Shown here piece by piece: positions 1-10,061 of a DNA stretch of 64,000 nucleotides; the stretch's first letter is position 1; the number at the start of each line of letters is the position of its first letter. The DNA comes from an uncultured Bacteroidota bacterium (GTDB taxonomy: Bacteria > Bacteroidota > Bacteroidia > Flavobacteriales > Flavobacteriaceae). The stretch is from assembly GCA_902558025.1 (NCBI GenBank), contig CACECH010000002.1, positions 27,667 through 91,666 of the forward strand, written 5' to 3'. Under the pieces are notes generated by a model, which made no database searches, was not told where the DNA came from, and saw nothing but the letters and a program-made list of their open reading frames with translations. The position numbers and the translations under genes were made by a program.

Positions 1-129
1 TTTAATAAAAATGAAAATTTATCGCAAAGAGAAAAAGAGGTTCTTGAAATATATAAGTCATTCAACACTGCAAATAAGCATAAAATGAACCCTATTCCAG
101 TATGTAAAATACCAAAAGACTATCTTTAA
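1..129 (+). CDS. 3' end of a CDS cut by the window edge; the tail is NadE-like (NH3-dependent NAD+ synthetase) but unconfirmed
   Basis: Frame 1 is open from base 1 to TAA at 127-129 (...LSQREKEVLEIYKSFNTANKHKMNPIPVCKIPKDYL*). The Y-x(n)-HK-x-x-P tail resembles the NadE C-terminus as I remember it. Only 42 codons are visible. Confidence 0.3.
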   Translation, partial: FNKNENLSQREKEVLEIYKSFNTANKHKMNPIPVCKIPKDYL

Positions 130-132
130 GTT

Positions 133-777
133 TTGAAGAAATTAAAAATCTTAGTACTTGATTGTAACCCAATTATTCATATTGGTTTAAAATCTATTTT
201 TAAAAACTCTATGATATTTGAAGTATGCGCGTATTTAGACAACAAAGATCTACTTATAGAAACTATTACTGAGGAGAAAATAGATTTTATTATTTCTGAA
301 ATTAATCTAAATAAAACCTCTGTATTAGATATTTTTAAGGTTCTAAAAAAAAATAAAATTGATATTCCAGTTGTAATTTTTACATCTCCTTCAAATGAAA
401 ACAAATCATTAAAATTCCTAAAAACGGGTGCCTCAGGATTTTTAACAAAAAACTTAAAGAAAAGAACTATTAGACATATACTTCAAGAAATTGTATTTTC
501 AAGATATAGATCTAATGAATTAAATAAATTTACTAGACTTAAAAATCGATTCAACTTTGATTATAATACAGAAAAAATTAATAGTCTTTCAAAAAGAGAA
601 CTTCAGGTTCTTAAATTATTCTTTAGAGGTAAAAGAAATGTAGAGATTTCTAAAAAACTGAACATAAATCAAAAAACAGTTAACACTTATATTACAAGAA
701 TAATGAGGAAGTTAGAGGTTAATTCAAAAACAGACTTATTTGTTTTAGCAAGAGAGCATATTAAACAACCCTATTAA
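133..777 (+). CDS. NarL/LuxR-family response regulator with a degenerate receiver domain (Glu at the phospho-acceptor position)
   Basis: 214-aa ORF with a TTG start 3 nt after the upstream stop. The C-terminal GerE/LuxR HTH reads LSKRELQVLKLFFRGKRNVEISKKLNINQKTVNTYITRIMRKLEV. The N-terminal REC-like fold reads KILVLDCNP...DFIISEINL...VVIFTS...GFLTK. Confidence 0.85.
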   Translation: MKKLKILVLDCNPIIHIGLKSIFKNSMIFEVCAYLDNKDLLIETITEEKIDFIISEINLNKTSVLDIFKVLKKNKIDIPVVIFTSPSNENKSLKFLKTGASGFLTKNLKKRTIRHILQEIVFSRYRSNELNKFTRLKNRFNFDYNTEKINSLSKRELQVLKLFFRGKRNVEISKKLNINQKTVNTYITRIMRKLEVNSKTDLFVLAREHIKQPY

Positions 778-2692
778 GTTTTGCTGATAATAGTTTCTTT
801 AGGCTGTAATAACTCATAACCTCTTCTAAGACTTTATCCTTATCATCTTTGCTGTTGTCTTGAAGTTCAGTGATCTTTTTATCGATTAAATATCTTCTCA
901 TGTTTAATATAGTTTCATTAACTAATTGACTTAATTCACTGCCAATTTTTTTTACATAAATGTTTTTTTTCTCCCAATCATGGAGCTGATACTTTTCATC
1001 ATTTATTAAAATATCTGAAACTATTTTGCTTGAATTAGGTTCAAGATCATTTATGAAACTATCTATTGAAACCAACTTTTGATTATGTAAGCTATTTATA
1101 AGCTTATTATATATTTCTTTAAATGGTCCATGAGTAAATTCTATTTCATCCTGTTGCAGATCTAAATATATTTTTTCAAATACTTTAGACCTAATTTGTT
1201 TTTTACTTTCAACAATATCTCCTTTATCATTTTTGTTTAAAATTATATCTTCAAAAAGTATTTCTTCAGCTCCATATTTTAATAGAATACTAATAATTTG
1301 CCTTTCTAATTGATATATATACTCACTTGTATTTTCCTTTTTTGAAGTTTCAACCTTTAACACATTATTTCTAGAATAATTTCGGGTTTTTGCTTTTTGT
1401 ATTTTTTTACCAGTTTCAATAGTTGAAAAAGATCTAAAAAGAGATGACTCATCTATAGACAAGACAGAAGAAAGTTTCTTAATATAAACCTCTTGTTTAA
1501 GCGAGTCTGGAATTAGAGAGATTGATTTAAGAATACTTTTAATTAGAGCAACTTTTTTATCTTCATCATTTTCATATTCTTTATTAATACTTAATATAAA
1601 ATCTATTAAATCCTTTGATTGTTCATCAATGTAAGCAACCATTTTATCACGTTTATTTTTTTTAACGAAGCTATCAGGGTCTTCTCCATCAGGGAATGGA
1701 CATATTCTTACATTTAAACCTTCCTCTAAAATCATATCAATACTTCTTAATGATGCTGATAGACCTGCTTCGTCTCCATCAAAAAGAATTACAATGTTTG
1801 ATGTTAGTCTTTTAATAAGAATTATTTGATTTTTGGTTAGAGATGTTCCAGATGATGCTAAAACATTTTTTATTCCATGTTCATGTAATTGGACAACATC
1901 CATATAGCCTTCAACTAAATAACACACATCATCTTTAACAATAAACTGCTTAGATTCATATATACCATATAGAGTTTTACTTTTATTGTAGATTTTACTT
2001 TCTGGAGAGTTTATATATTTAGCAATTTTTTTATTTGAATCAATTATTCTACCTCCAAATCCGAGTATCCTACCAGAAATACTTTTAATTGGAAACATTA
2101 TTCTGCCCCTAAATCTATCAAAATGAGTTTCTTCATTTGATATAACCAAACCTGTCTCAATTAAATAATCCTTAGTGAAACCATTTTCTGATGCATTTTT
2201 GTAAAAACTATTTTTTAAATCAGGGCTGAACCCAATACTAAAGTTTTCAATGGTTGGATCTGAAAGACCCCTATCTATCAAATAGTCTCTAATATTATCT
2301 TCCTTAGACAAAATATTTTGAAAATACTCTTGAGCATATGAGTTAATGATAAACAAAGATTCTCTTGCATTTCTTTCTTCAACATTTTCAGATTTATTGG
2401 TTGTCTCTATTATTTCAATATTATATTTATTAGCTAGGTATCGAATTGATTCTGGATAATTAAATTGCTCATGCTCCATAAGAAAAGCAATTACATTACC
2501 TCCTTTACCAGAACTAAAATCTTTCCAAATCTGTTTTGATGGAGAGACAATAAAGCTTGGTGTTTTTTCATTAGTAAAAGGACTTAAACCTTTGAAATTA
2601 GCACCAGTTTTTTTTAAAGCTATAAAATCAGATATAACTTCTTCAACTCTAGCATATTCAAAAACTTTATCAATAGTCTCTTTACTAATCAA
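761..2692 (-). CDS. dnaG: DNA primase DnaG
   Basis: 643 aa with a TTG start. It has the primase N-terminal signature FTNEKTPSFIVSP...GKGGNVIAFLME and TOPRIM blocks YLVEGYMDV and ILFDGDEAG. Its 3' end overlaps the convergent regulator by 17 nt. Confidence 0.95.
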   Translation of the reverse strand: MISKETIDKVFEYARVEEVISDFIALKKTGANFKGLSPFTNEKTPSFIVSPSKQIWKDFSSGKGGNVIAFLMEHEQFNYPESIRYLANKYNIEIIETTNKSENVEERNARESLFIINSYAQEYFQNILSKEDNIRDYLIDRGLSDPTIENFSIGFSPDLKNSFYKNASENGFTKDYLIETGLVISNEETHFDRFRGRIMFPIKSISGRILGFGGRIIDSNKKIAKYINSPESKIYNKSKTLYGIYESKQFIVKDDVCYLVEGYMDVVQLHEHGIKNVLASSGTSLTKNQIILIKRLTSNIVILFDGDEAGLSASLRSIDMILEEGLNVRICPFPDGEDPDSFVKKNKRDKMVAYIDEQSKDLIDFILSINKEYENDEDKKVALIKSILKSISLIPDSLKQEVYIKKLSSVLSIDESSLFRSFSTIETGKKIQKAKTRNYSRNNVLKVETSKKENTSEYIYQLERQIISILLKYGAEEILFEDIILNKNDKGDIVESKKQIRSKVFEKIYLDLQQDEIEFTHGPFKEIYNKLINSLHNQKLVSIDSFINDLEPNSSKIVSDILINDEKYQLHDWEKKNIYVKKIGSELSQLVNETILNMRRYLIDKKITELQDNSKDDKDKVLEEVMSYYSLKKLLSAKLNRVV

Positions 2693-2721
2693 ACCTTTTA
2701 ATTTAGTATTAATATAGTAAA

Positions 2722-3693
2722 TTAATACTTTCGTTCAATGATATAGTCCAATAAGATTTTAAGTGAATTTTTTGATTGGTTATCTGGAAAAGTTTCAAGG
2801 ATTTTTAGTGCTTTATTCTTATACTCCAACATGACATTTTCGGCATATTTAAATCCGTTATTTTCTTTCACAAAATGATTAATAGCCTTCTTATCTTCGT
2901 TTGAAAGTTTTTTTCTTTTTAGAATAGATCTCATTGATCTTCTATCAGCTTGACTTGCCTTTTTTATTGAATAGATTAATGGGAGAGTAATTTTTTGACT
3001 TTTTAAATCATTCTTAGTTGGTTTTCCAATTCTTTTTTTTGAATAATCAAAAAGGTCATCCTTGATTTGAAAAATAATACCCAAGTATAATCCAAAATTT
3101 TCAACATTTTTAGTTTTTTCATTACCAGATGAAATTAACCCAACTAGACAACAACACGAAAATAAAGATGCTGTTTTTTTTGTGATTAAGGTGATATATT
3201 CTTCTTCTGTTATTTTAAAACTTCTTGACTTTTGAATTTGAAATAGCTCTCCCTCTGAAATTTCTTTTACCGCATTTGATACCTGGTCTAATAAATCATA
3301 ATCTTTATTTTGAGTAGAAAGGAGTAAAGCCTTAGACAAAAAAAAGTCTCCCACCAATACAGATATTTTATTTTTCCATAAAGCATTAATTGTAAGGAAC
3401 TTTCTTCTAATATTACTATCATCTACTACATCATCATGAATTAATGAAGCAGAATGAATAAGTTCAACTAAATTAGCAGCCCTATATGTTTTTGAAGAAA
3501 CTTTTCCATTAGAAAACATCTTAGAAAAAAGGATAACTAGAATGGGTCTAATTTGTTTTCCTTTTCTTTTTAAAATATACCTTAGAATTAGATCAAGCAA
3601 CTTAACTTTAGAAGATACTGAATTCAAAAATTGTTTTTCAAAAATTTTTAATTCTTTAGAAATCGGATTTTTTATTTTTTTTGAAATATTCAA
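2722..3693 (-). CDS. Polyprenyl diphosphate synthase (trans-isoprenyl diphosphate synthase, IspB-like)
   Basis: 323 aa with a TTG start. Both aspartate-rich motifs are present: LIHDDVVDD and QIKDDLFDY. Confidence 0.9.
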   Translation of the reverse strand: MNISKKIKNPISKELKIFEKQFLNSVSSKVKLLDLILRYILKRKGKQIRPILVILFSKMFSNGKVSSKTYRAANLVELIHSASLIHDDVVDDSNIRRKFLTINALWKNKISVLVGDFFLSKALLLSTQNKDYDLLDQVSNAVKEISEGELFQIQKSRSFKITEEEYITLITKKTASLFSCCCLVGLISSGNEKTKNVENFGLYLGIIFQIKDDLFDYSKKRIGKPTKNDLKSQKITLPLIYSIKKASQADRRSMRSILKRKKLSNEDKKAINHFVKENNGFKYAENVMLEYKNKALKILETFPDNQSKNSLKILLDYIIERKY

Positions 3694-3702
3694 AATCTGA
3701 GC

Positions 3703-4752
3703 TTAGATAATCATCATAGCATCTCCATATGAGAAGAAGTTATATTTCTCCTTAATTGCCTCTTTATAAGCCTTCAAAACAAAATCTTTTCCACCAAAGG
3801 CAGAAACCATCATTATTAAAGTTGATTTTGGTGTATGGAAATTAGTAATCATTGAATTAGCAATTGAAAAGTCATATGGCGGATATATAAATTTATGAGT
3901 CCAACCATCATATGGATTGAGCGTACCTCTAGATGATACAGAACTTTCAATACCTCTCATAACAGTGGTTCCTACGGCACAAATCCTCTTTTTATTTTTT
4001 AAAGCATTATTAATAATGTTAGCAGAGTTTTCATTTATTTTAAGTTCTTCACTATCCATTTTGTGTTTTGATAAATCTTCAACTTCAACTGGACTAAACG
4101 TACCAAGTCCAATATGAAGTGTAATCTCTGGAAGAAGAACTCCTTTAATTTCAAGTCTTTTAAGCAAATGTTTTGAAAAGTGTAATCCAGCCGTTGGTGC
4201 AGCAACAGCACCTTCATTTTTAGCATAGATAGTCTGAAATCTATCTTTATCATTTTCTTCAACTGGTCTATTAATATATTTTGGAAGAGGAGTCTCACCT
4301 AATTCTTGGAGTTTATTTCTAAACTCATCATAAGGACCATCAAAAAGAAATCTTAATGTTCTTCCCCTAGATGTTGTATTATCTATAACTTCAGCGACCA
4401 AACTTTCGTCTTCTCCAAAATAAAGTTTATTACCTATTCTAATTTTTCTAGCAGGATCGACTAGAACATCCCATAGCCTTTGATCTGTATTTAATTCTCT
4501 TAAAAGAAATACTTCAATTCTTGCCCCAGTTTTTTCCTTATTTCCATATAATCTAGCTGGAAAGACTTTCGTGTTATTTAGAACAATTACATCTCCTTCA
4601 TCAAAAAAATCAATTACATCTTTAAAAACTAGATGCTCAATGGTCTGTTCTTTTCTGTTTAATAACATTAGTTTACACTCATCTCTTTCCTCAGATGGAT
4701 ATTTAGCTAAAAGTTTTTTTGGGAGCTTGTATTCAAAGTCAGATAATTTCAT
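3703..4752 (-). CDS. queA: S-adenosylmethionine:tRNA ribosyltransferase-isomerase
   Basis: 349 aa. The N-terminus is a typical QueA start ([29 protein letters not shown]). It also has APTAGLHF and the C-terminal [10 protein letters not shown]. Confidence 0.95.
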   Translation of the reverse strand: MKLSDFEYKLPKKLLAKYPSEERDECKLMLLNRKEQTIEHLVFKDVIDFFDEGDVIVLNNTKVFPARLYGNKEKTGARIEVFLLRELNTDQRLWDVLVDPARKIRIGNKLYFGEDESLVAEVIDNTTSRGRTLRFLFDGPYDEFRNKLQELGETPLPKYINRPVEENDKDRFQTIYAKNEGAVAAPTAGLHFSKHLLKRLEIKGVLLPEITLHIGLGTFSPVEVEDLSKHKMDSEELKINENSANIINNALKNKKRICAVGTTVMRGIESSVSSRGTLNPYDGWTHKFIYPPYDFSIANSMITNFHTPKSTLIMMVSAFGGKDFVLKAYKEAIKEKYNFFSYGDAMMII

Positions 4753-4810
4753 AGAATTTTATTAAGTCCGCAAATATAGTGTTCTATAATACCGAAAGTC
4801 AAGTATTTAA

Positions 4811-6037
4811 CTATTTATTTTTTGAAATTTCAAATCCAAGTTTTTCCAAATGATCCCAAAAACTAACATAAGATTTTGTTACAACCAGAGGATCATTAAT
4901 TTTTATAGGATCCAAAAGGGATAGAGGGACAAAAGACATAGCCATCCTATGATCATCATATGTGTCTATTGAGATATTAGATTTAAGTTGTGACTTATTT
5001 TCTAAATGCAGAGAACTCTCTGTAATTTCAATTTTATCAACTCCAAATTTTTCAATTTCAGATTTCAATGCTTTAAGTCTATCTGTTTCTTTTATTTTAA
5101 GTGTTTGCAAGCCATAGAGATCACAATCAATTTGAAGACCTAGACATGTTACAACTATTGTTTGAGCTAGGTCAGGATTATTTGAAAGATCTAATGATAT
5201 TTTTTTCTCAATTTTATCATCAGACTTACTTAGATGAATTCCATTATTTATATAAGTAGTTTTAACTCCAAAATTTTTATAAATCTCAGCTAGATGAGAG
5301 TCTCCTTGTATGCTATGTTTATAATAAGTATTTAAAGATAGATCGGACAAATCTGATAATGCTACCATACTATAAAAATATGATGCAGAGCTCCAATCTG
5401 ACTCAACTAATTGATTTGGTATTTTTTTATTTGATAATGAATCAATAAGAATTTGATTTGATTTAAGCTTAACATTACCTCCTATTCTTTCAATTATTTT
5501 TTTGGTCATCTCAATATATGGTAAAGAGGTTATTTCAGTTGAGAGGTTTATAACTAGTCCATTTTGCAGAGATACTCCAAGCATCATAAGAGATGTGATA
5601 TATTGAGAACTAACATTTGCAGGAAGTTTGACTTGTTTCTTATTTATTTCTTTACCCTTAATTTTTATTGGCGGATAACCTTCATTTTCAATATATGATA
5701 TTTCAACCTCCAGCTCTCTTAATGCTTCAACCAAAATTGAAATAGGTCTTTCTTTCATTCTTTTTGATCCTGTTAGAATAACCGATGAGTTATTAATTGA
5801 TGAAAAATACGATGTTAGGAACCTCATTGCTGTGCCAGCATGACCAATATCAATCTCCTCTTGATTAGAATTAATTGCTGAGATCATAACATTTGTGTCA
5901 TCTGAATCAGAAATATTTTTTATTTCAAAATAGGAAGTGAGAGCTCTTAGGATCAAAAGTCTATTTGACTCACTTTTTGATCCACTAATATTTAAAACTC
6001 CTTCTATGGATTTTGATTTCTTTGAAATTTTAAACAC
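4811..6037 (-). CDS. aroA: 3-phosphoshikimate 1-carboxyvinyltransferase (EPSP synthase)
   Basis: 408 aa. EPSP synthase motifs are ISGSKSESNRLLIL, GHAGTAMRFL and DDHRMAMSF. The GTG start overlaps the upstream stop by 1 nt (TAGTG). Confidence 0.93.
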   Translation of the reverse strand: MFKISKKSKSIEGVLNISGSKSESNRLLILRALTSYFEIKNISDSDDTNVMISAINSNQEEIDIGHAGTAMRFLTSYFSSINNSSVILTGSKRMKERPISILVEALRELEVEISYIENEGYPPIKIKGKEINKKQVKLPANVSSQYITSLMMLGVSLQNGLVINLSTEITSLPYIEMTKKIIERIGGNVKLKSNQILIDSLSNKKIPNQLVESDWSSASYFYSMVALSDLSDLSLNTYYKHSIQGDSHLAEIYKNFGVKTTYINNGIHLSKSDDKIEKKISLDLSNNPDLAQTIVVTCLGLQIDCDLYGLQTLKIKETDRLKALKSEIEKFGVDKIEITESSLHLENKSQLKSNISIDTYDDHRMAMSFVPLSLLDPIKINDPLVVTKSYVSFWDHLEKLGFEISKNK

Positions 6038-6363
6038 TACTTAAGTTTATTATTAGATTTATGTCTATGTTTATCTCTCTCTGTTTTTTTAAATAGATTA
6101 TTTTTAAATGACTTTTCAAGGTCAATTCCTGTCTGATTAGCAAGACATATCAGAACAAACAACACATCTGATAACTCATCACCTAAATCATCTATATTAT
6201 CATTTTCTTTCAAACTTTGTTCACCATACTTTCTGGCAATAATTTTGGCAACCTCTCCTACTTCTTCTGATAATATAGCCATATTTGTTAGTTCGTTAAA
6301 GTATCTGACACCATGTTCCTTAATCCATTCATCTACTAATTTTTGTGCATCCTTAATATTCAT
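6037..6363 (-). CDS. MazG-like nucleotide pyrophosphohydrolase (small all-alpha NTP-PPase)
   Basis: 108 aa. It carries the EExxE/ExxD-type metal motifs of the MazG family: LSEEVGEVAKII and GDELSDVLFVLICLA. Confidence 0.8.
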   Translation of the reverse strand: MNIKDAQKLVDEWIKEHGVRYFNELTNMAILSEEVGEVAKIIARKYGEQSLKENDNIDDLGDELSDVLFVLICLANQTGIDLEKSFKNNLFKKTERDKHRHKSNNKLK

Positions 6364-6366
6364 ATT

Positions 6367-7374
6367 TTAATTTTTTTGATTTAGTTTATTCCATAAATCC
6401 TCTTTAATTTCATTTATACCAAAAGTACTAACAGAAGAGATTATATGATATTTTATATCCTTAAATTCTTGTTTTAAAATTGTTTTAAATTCTTCCAATA
6501 ATTCTTGGTCCATAAGATCTGCCTTACTAAATGCTACAATAAAATCTTTATCTGCAAGTTCTGGATTATATTTTATTAATTCTTTTTGAAGAACTGTAAA
6601 GTCCTTCTTGATATTTTTTGTGTCGACAGGTATAACATATAGAAGTATTGAGTTTCTTTCAATATGTCTCAGGAAATAATGACCTAAACCTCTACCTTCA
6701 CTTGCTCCTTCAATTATTCCAGGTATGTCAGCCATAACAAATGACCTAAAGTCTGACATTGCAACAATTCCAAGGTTAGGTTTTAATGTAGTAAATTCAT
6801 AATCTGCTATTTTAGGTTTAGCATCAGACAAAACAGACAGAAGTGTTGACTTTCCAGCATTAGGATATCCAACTAATCCAACATCTGCTAAAACTTTAAG
6901 CTCTAATATTATTTTGAGTTCCTTACCAGGAAGTCCACTTTGAGAATATCTAGGAGTTTGATTAGTAGGGGTCTTAAAATGAAAATTACCACGTCCACCT
7001 TTACCACCTTTTAAAAGAATCAAATCTGAGGACTCATCATTTATCTCGCAAATAACTTTTTCAGTCTCTAAATCCTTTACAACAGTACCAAGTGGAACAT
7101 TAATTACAACATCTTCTCCATTACTTCCAGATTTTCTTGAACCACTTCCATCCCCACCATTTCCTGCTTTAAAATGTTTCTTATATCTAAAACTTTGAAG
7201 AGTCCATAAGTTACTATTACCTTTTAAAATAATATTACCACCGTTACCACCATCACCACCATCTGGCCCTCCTTTTGGAACAAACTTTTCCCTTCTCAAG
7301 TGAGTAGAACCTTTTCCGCCTTTACCTGAATTAACAGTAAGCTTGACATAATCAACAAAATTATCGACTATCAT
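6367..7374 (-). CDS. obg: GTPase Obg/CgtA
   Basis: 335 aa. It has the glycine-rich Obg fold ([25 protein letters not shown]), then G1 [10 protein letters not shown]3 DIPGIIEGA and G4 SKAD. Confidence 0.96.
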   Translation of the reverse strand: MIVDNFVDYVKLTVNSGKGGKGSTHLRREKFVPKGGPDGGDGGNGGNIILKGNSNLWTLQSFRYKKHFKAGNGGDGSGSRKSGSNGEDVVINVPLGTVVKDLETEKVICEINDESSDLILLKGGKGGRGNFHFKTPTNQTPRYSQSGLPGKELKIILELKVLADVGLVGYPNAGKSTLLSVLSDAKPKIADYEFTTLKPNLGIVAMSDFRSFVMADIPGIIEGASEGRGLGHYFLRHIERNSILLYVIPVDTKNIKKDFTVLQKELIKYNPELADKDFIVAFSKADLMDQELLEEFKTILKQEFKDIKYHIISSVSTFGINEIKEDLWNKLNQKN

Positions 7375-7380
7375 AAGAGA

Positions 7381-7956
7381 CTAGATTAAACTATCAACAA
7401 GGTTGAATAATCTTGAAGTGATATCATCAACACTTCCATGGCCATTAACTGAGTAAAACTTTGATTGTTTTTGATAAAAATCAATTAGTATGGATGTCTT
7501 ATTGTTATACTCATTAAATCTATTTTTAATTTTTTCGATATCCTGATCATCAGATCTATTAGTAGTTTTACCTCGATCTAATAACCTAGTTATTAGCTCA
7601 TCTTCATCAACTTCTAGAGCAATAGTTGCATTTATCTTCTGGTTAATAGATTCAAGAAAAATATCGAGGGATTCAGCCTGATTTAGTGTTCTTGGAAAAC
7701 CATCAAAAATAAAACCATTAGCATCCTTATTTGCTAAAACTTCATTTTCAAGCATTTTAATTGTAACAATGTCAGGCACAAGATCTCCATTATCAAGAAA
7801 TGATTTTGCTTCAATACCTAGATCAGTTTTATTTAAAATATTTTTTCTAAATAAATCACCTGTAGATATATGATATAAATCATATTTATCTTTTAAAAAA
7901 TCGGCCTGGGTTCCTTTCCCAGATCCTGGTTTACCAAAAATCACAATATTAAACAT
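7381..7956 (-). CDS. adk: Adenylate kinase
   Basis: P-loop FGKPGSGKGTQ. The short LID lacks a Cys4 zinc knuckle. The ORF track starts at a GTG (7962), but I prefer the ATG at 7956 (MFNIVIFGKPG...). A TAtcTTTG -7 box occupies 7969-7962 on the minus strand. Confidence 0.93.
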   Translation of the reverse strand: MFNIVIFGKPGSGKGTQADFLKDKYDLYHISTGDLFRKNILNKTDLGIEAKSFLDNGDLVPDIVTIKMLENEVLANKDANGFIFDGFPRTLNQAESLDIFLESINQKINATIALEVDEDELITRLLDRGKTTNRSDDQDIEKIKNRFNEYNNKTSILIDFYQKQSKFYSVNGHGSVDDITSRLFNLVDSLI

Positions 7957-7961
7957 AGGCA

Positions 7962-7969
7962 CAAAGATA
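7962..7969 (-). promoter_or_regulatory. Putative Bacteroidota -7 promoter box (TAtcTTTG) for the adk operon
   Basis: The reverse complement of caaagata is TATCTTTG, matching TAnnTTTG. It lies 5 nt upstream of the adk ATG (7956). Confidence 0.4.
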
Positions 7970-8011
7970 TTTAAAATGTTTGGTATTCTTTATTGTGATT
8001 AAAGGAATGCT

Positions 8012-8019
8012 TATTTTTG
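8012..8019 (+). promoter_or_regulatory. Putative -7 promoter box (TAttTTTG) for purK-purE
   Basis: tatttttg lies 4 nt upstream of the purK ATG (8024), implying a leaderless or near-leaderless mRNA. Confidence 0.4.
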
Positions 8020-8023
8020 AAAG

Positions 8024-9175
8024 ATGTTTAAGGAAAATAGAATAATTGGTATACTCGGAGGAGGTCAACTCGGAAAAATGGTTCTTGACGTTGCAAATAA
8101 ATGGGGACTTCAAGTATATATTTTAGATTCCAATGAGAACTGCCCATCTAGCAAACTTTGTTCAAAATTTTTTCAAGGTGACTTAATGGACTTCGATACA
8201 GTTGTTAATTTTGGTAAAATGGTTGATATATTAACAATTGAAATAGAAAATGTAAATGTTGAAGCATTAAAATTTCTTGAATCCAATAGTTTGGAAGTTT
8301 TACCTCAATCTAAAGTGATTGAAATAATTCAAGACAAATCTAAACAAAAAGAATTCTATAATAATAACCAAATTCCTACTTCCTCATATAAAATTTTCGC
8401 AAGCAAAAACGAGTTGAAAGAGAGTGTAAGCAAAGGTGAAATTTCACTTCCTTTTATTTGGAAAGCATCTAGAATGGGATATGATGGATATGGGGTAAAT
8501 AAAATTTCTAATAATAAAGATTTAGAAAAAATAGATGATTGTCACTGTATAGTAGAGGAATTAATTTCAATAAAAAAAGAACTTTCTGTAATGGTAGCAT
8601 CTAGAAAATCTGGTGAATTAATTAATTATCCTGCAGTTGAAATGGAGTTCAATAGCGATTCAAATCAAGTAGAATATATTTTATCACCTGCAAAAATTAA
8701 TGATGATATAAAATTAAATGCTGAAGGTCTTGCTATTGAGGTTGCAAAAAAACTTGAAATTATAGGGATCTTAGCTGTTGAAATGTTTTTAACTTCTGAA
8801 GGTGAAATTCTTGTCAATGAGGTTGCTCCTAGACCACATAATAGTTATCATTTTTCAATAGAGGGATCCTACACTAGTCAGTTTGAACAACTTTTAAGAT
8901 CAATTCTTGATATGCCTTTAGGGAGTACAAAAATTATGGAAGCTGCTGTAATGGTTAATTTAGTTGGTGAAAAAGGATCAAATGGCCCTGTTATTTATAA
9001 GAATATTGATCAAATTATTGGGCTTGAAGGGGTTAATCCACATATTTACGGTAAATTTGAAACTAGATTCAATAGAAAAATGGGTCATGTAACCGTTATA
9101 AATCAAAATATTGATAAAGCAAAAGAATTAGCAAAAGAAATAAAAGAAACAATTATTATTACATCAAAAAAATGA
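8024..9175 (+). CDS. purK: 5-(carboxyamino)imidazole ribonucleotide synthase (N5-CAIR synthase)
   Basis: 383 aa ATP-grasp protein with GILGGGQLGKM and NEVAPRPHNS. Its stop overlaps the purE start (ATGA). Confidence 0.94.
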   Translation: MFKENRIIGILGGGQLGKMVLDVANKWGLQVYILDSNENCPSSKLCSKFFQGDLMDFDTVVNFGKMVDILTIEIENVNVEALKFLESNSLEVLPQSKVIEIIQDKSKQKEFYNNNQIPTSSYKIFASKNELKESVSKGEISLPFIWKASRMGYDGYGVNKISNNKDLEKIDDCHCIVEELISIKKELSVMVASRKSGELINYPAVEMEFNSDSNQVEYILSPAKINDDIKLNAEGLAIEVAKKLEIIGILAVEMFLTSEGEILVNEVAPRPHNSYHFSIEGSYTSQFEQLLRSILDMPLGSTKIMEAAVMVNLVGEKGSNGPVIYKNIDQIIGLEGVNPHIYGKFETRFNRKMGHVTVINQNIDKAKELAKEIKETIIITSKK

Positions 9176-9663
9176 GTCAAGTTGCAATTATAATGGGTAG
9201 TAAGTCAGATTTTGAAATAATGAGTGAAGCTATTGAAATTCTCAAATCATTTGACATAGATACAGAATATGATATAGTTTCAGCTCATAGGACACCTAAT
9301 AAAATGGTTGAGTATGCTTCTAATGCTGAAAAAAAAGGGATTAAAGTTATTATTGCAGGAGCAGGAGGAGCAGCTCACCTCCCTGGAATGGTAGCTTCAA
9401 TTACAAGCTTACCTGTTATCGGAGTTCCAATAAAATCAAGAAACTCAATCGATGGTTGGGACTCAATTTTATCTATACTTCAAATGCCCGGAGGAGTTCC
9501 AGTTGCAACTGTAGCTTTAAATGGTTCAAAAAATGCAGGAATTCTTGCTGCTCAAATTATTGGATCCTTTAATCCTAAAGTTGCTGATAAGGTTAAAGAT
9601 TATAAAAAAGATTTAGAAAATAAGGTTATTCAAAGCAGTAAAGATTTAAAAAAAAATAGCTAG
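9172..9663 (+). CDS. purE: 5-(carboxyamino)imidazole ribonucleotide mutase
   Basis: 163 aa. PurE class I motifs are IMGSKSD, SAHRTP and GAGGAAHLPG. Confidence 0.96.
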   Translation: MSQVAIIMGSKSDFEIMSEAIEILKSFDIDTEYDIVSAHRTPNKMVEYASNAEKKGIKVIIAGAGGAAHLPGMVASITSLPVIGVPIKSRNSIDGWDSILSILQMPGGVPVATVALNGSKNAGILAAQIIGSFNPKVADKVKDYKKDLENKVIQSSKDLKKNS

Positions 9664-10004
9664 TCTTTAATCCAGTCCTTATATCCCTTTTTATAATGAT
9701 ATATAATCTTAAAGCCTAAAGATTTCATTACGTGACTAGCCTTTAAACTTCTATTACCTGACATACAATATATAATGTAAGGTTTTTCTTTATCGAGCTT
9801 ATTTAAATTATCTATAAACTCTCTCTTTTGAAAATCAATGTTGAAAGAGGATCTTATTTTGCCATCTTCAAATTCCTCTTCAGTCCTAAGATCAATTACC
9901 ATTACATTATCATCAATGAGATTATTTACTTGATCTTTATTAATATCTTGAATAGCAGGAGATTGAAGAAAAACTAATAGTATATAATAAAAAAGTTTTA
10001 ACAT
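9660..10004 (-). CDS. Secreted single-domain rhodanese (sulfurtransferase-like)
   Basis: 114 aa with an N-terminal hydrophobic signal sequence. The active-site loop is CMSGNRS (C-x4-R). Confidence 0.8.
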   Translation of the reverse strand: MLKLFYYILLVFLQSPAIQDINKDQVNNLIDDNVMVIDLRTEEEFEDGKIRSSFNIDFQKREFIDNLNKLDKEKPYIIYCMSGNRSLKASHVMKSLGFKIIYHYKKGYKDWIKD

Positions 10005-10040
10005 TTAATGAACATTATGATTATAATTTTCAATAATACA

Positions 10041-10048
10041 TATTTTTG
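10041..10048 (+). promoter_or_regulatory. Putative -7 promoter box (TAttTTTG) for gcvP
   Basis: tatttttg lies 13 nt upstream of the gcvP ATG (10062). Confidence 0.4.
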
Positions 10049-10061
10049 CTAAAAACTTTCG

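Noticed and set aside
7140-7290. Repetitive ccacc/ggtgg-rich DNA in obg.
   Set aside because: It encodes the glycine-rich Obg-fold repeats (GGxGGxGG), which are intrinsic to the protein family. It is not a mobile or regulatory repeat.
10005-10061. A possible glycine riboswitch upstream of gcvP.
   Set aside because: The spacer is only 57 nt and almost pure A/T. It cannot hold even a single ~100-nt glycine aptamer.
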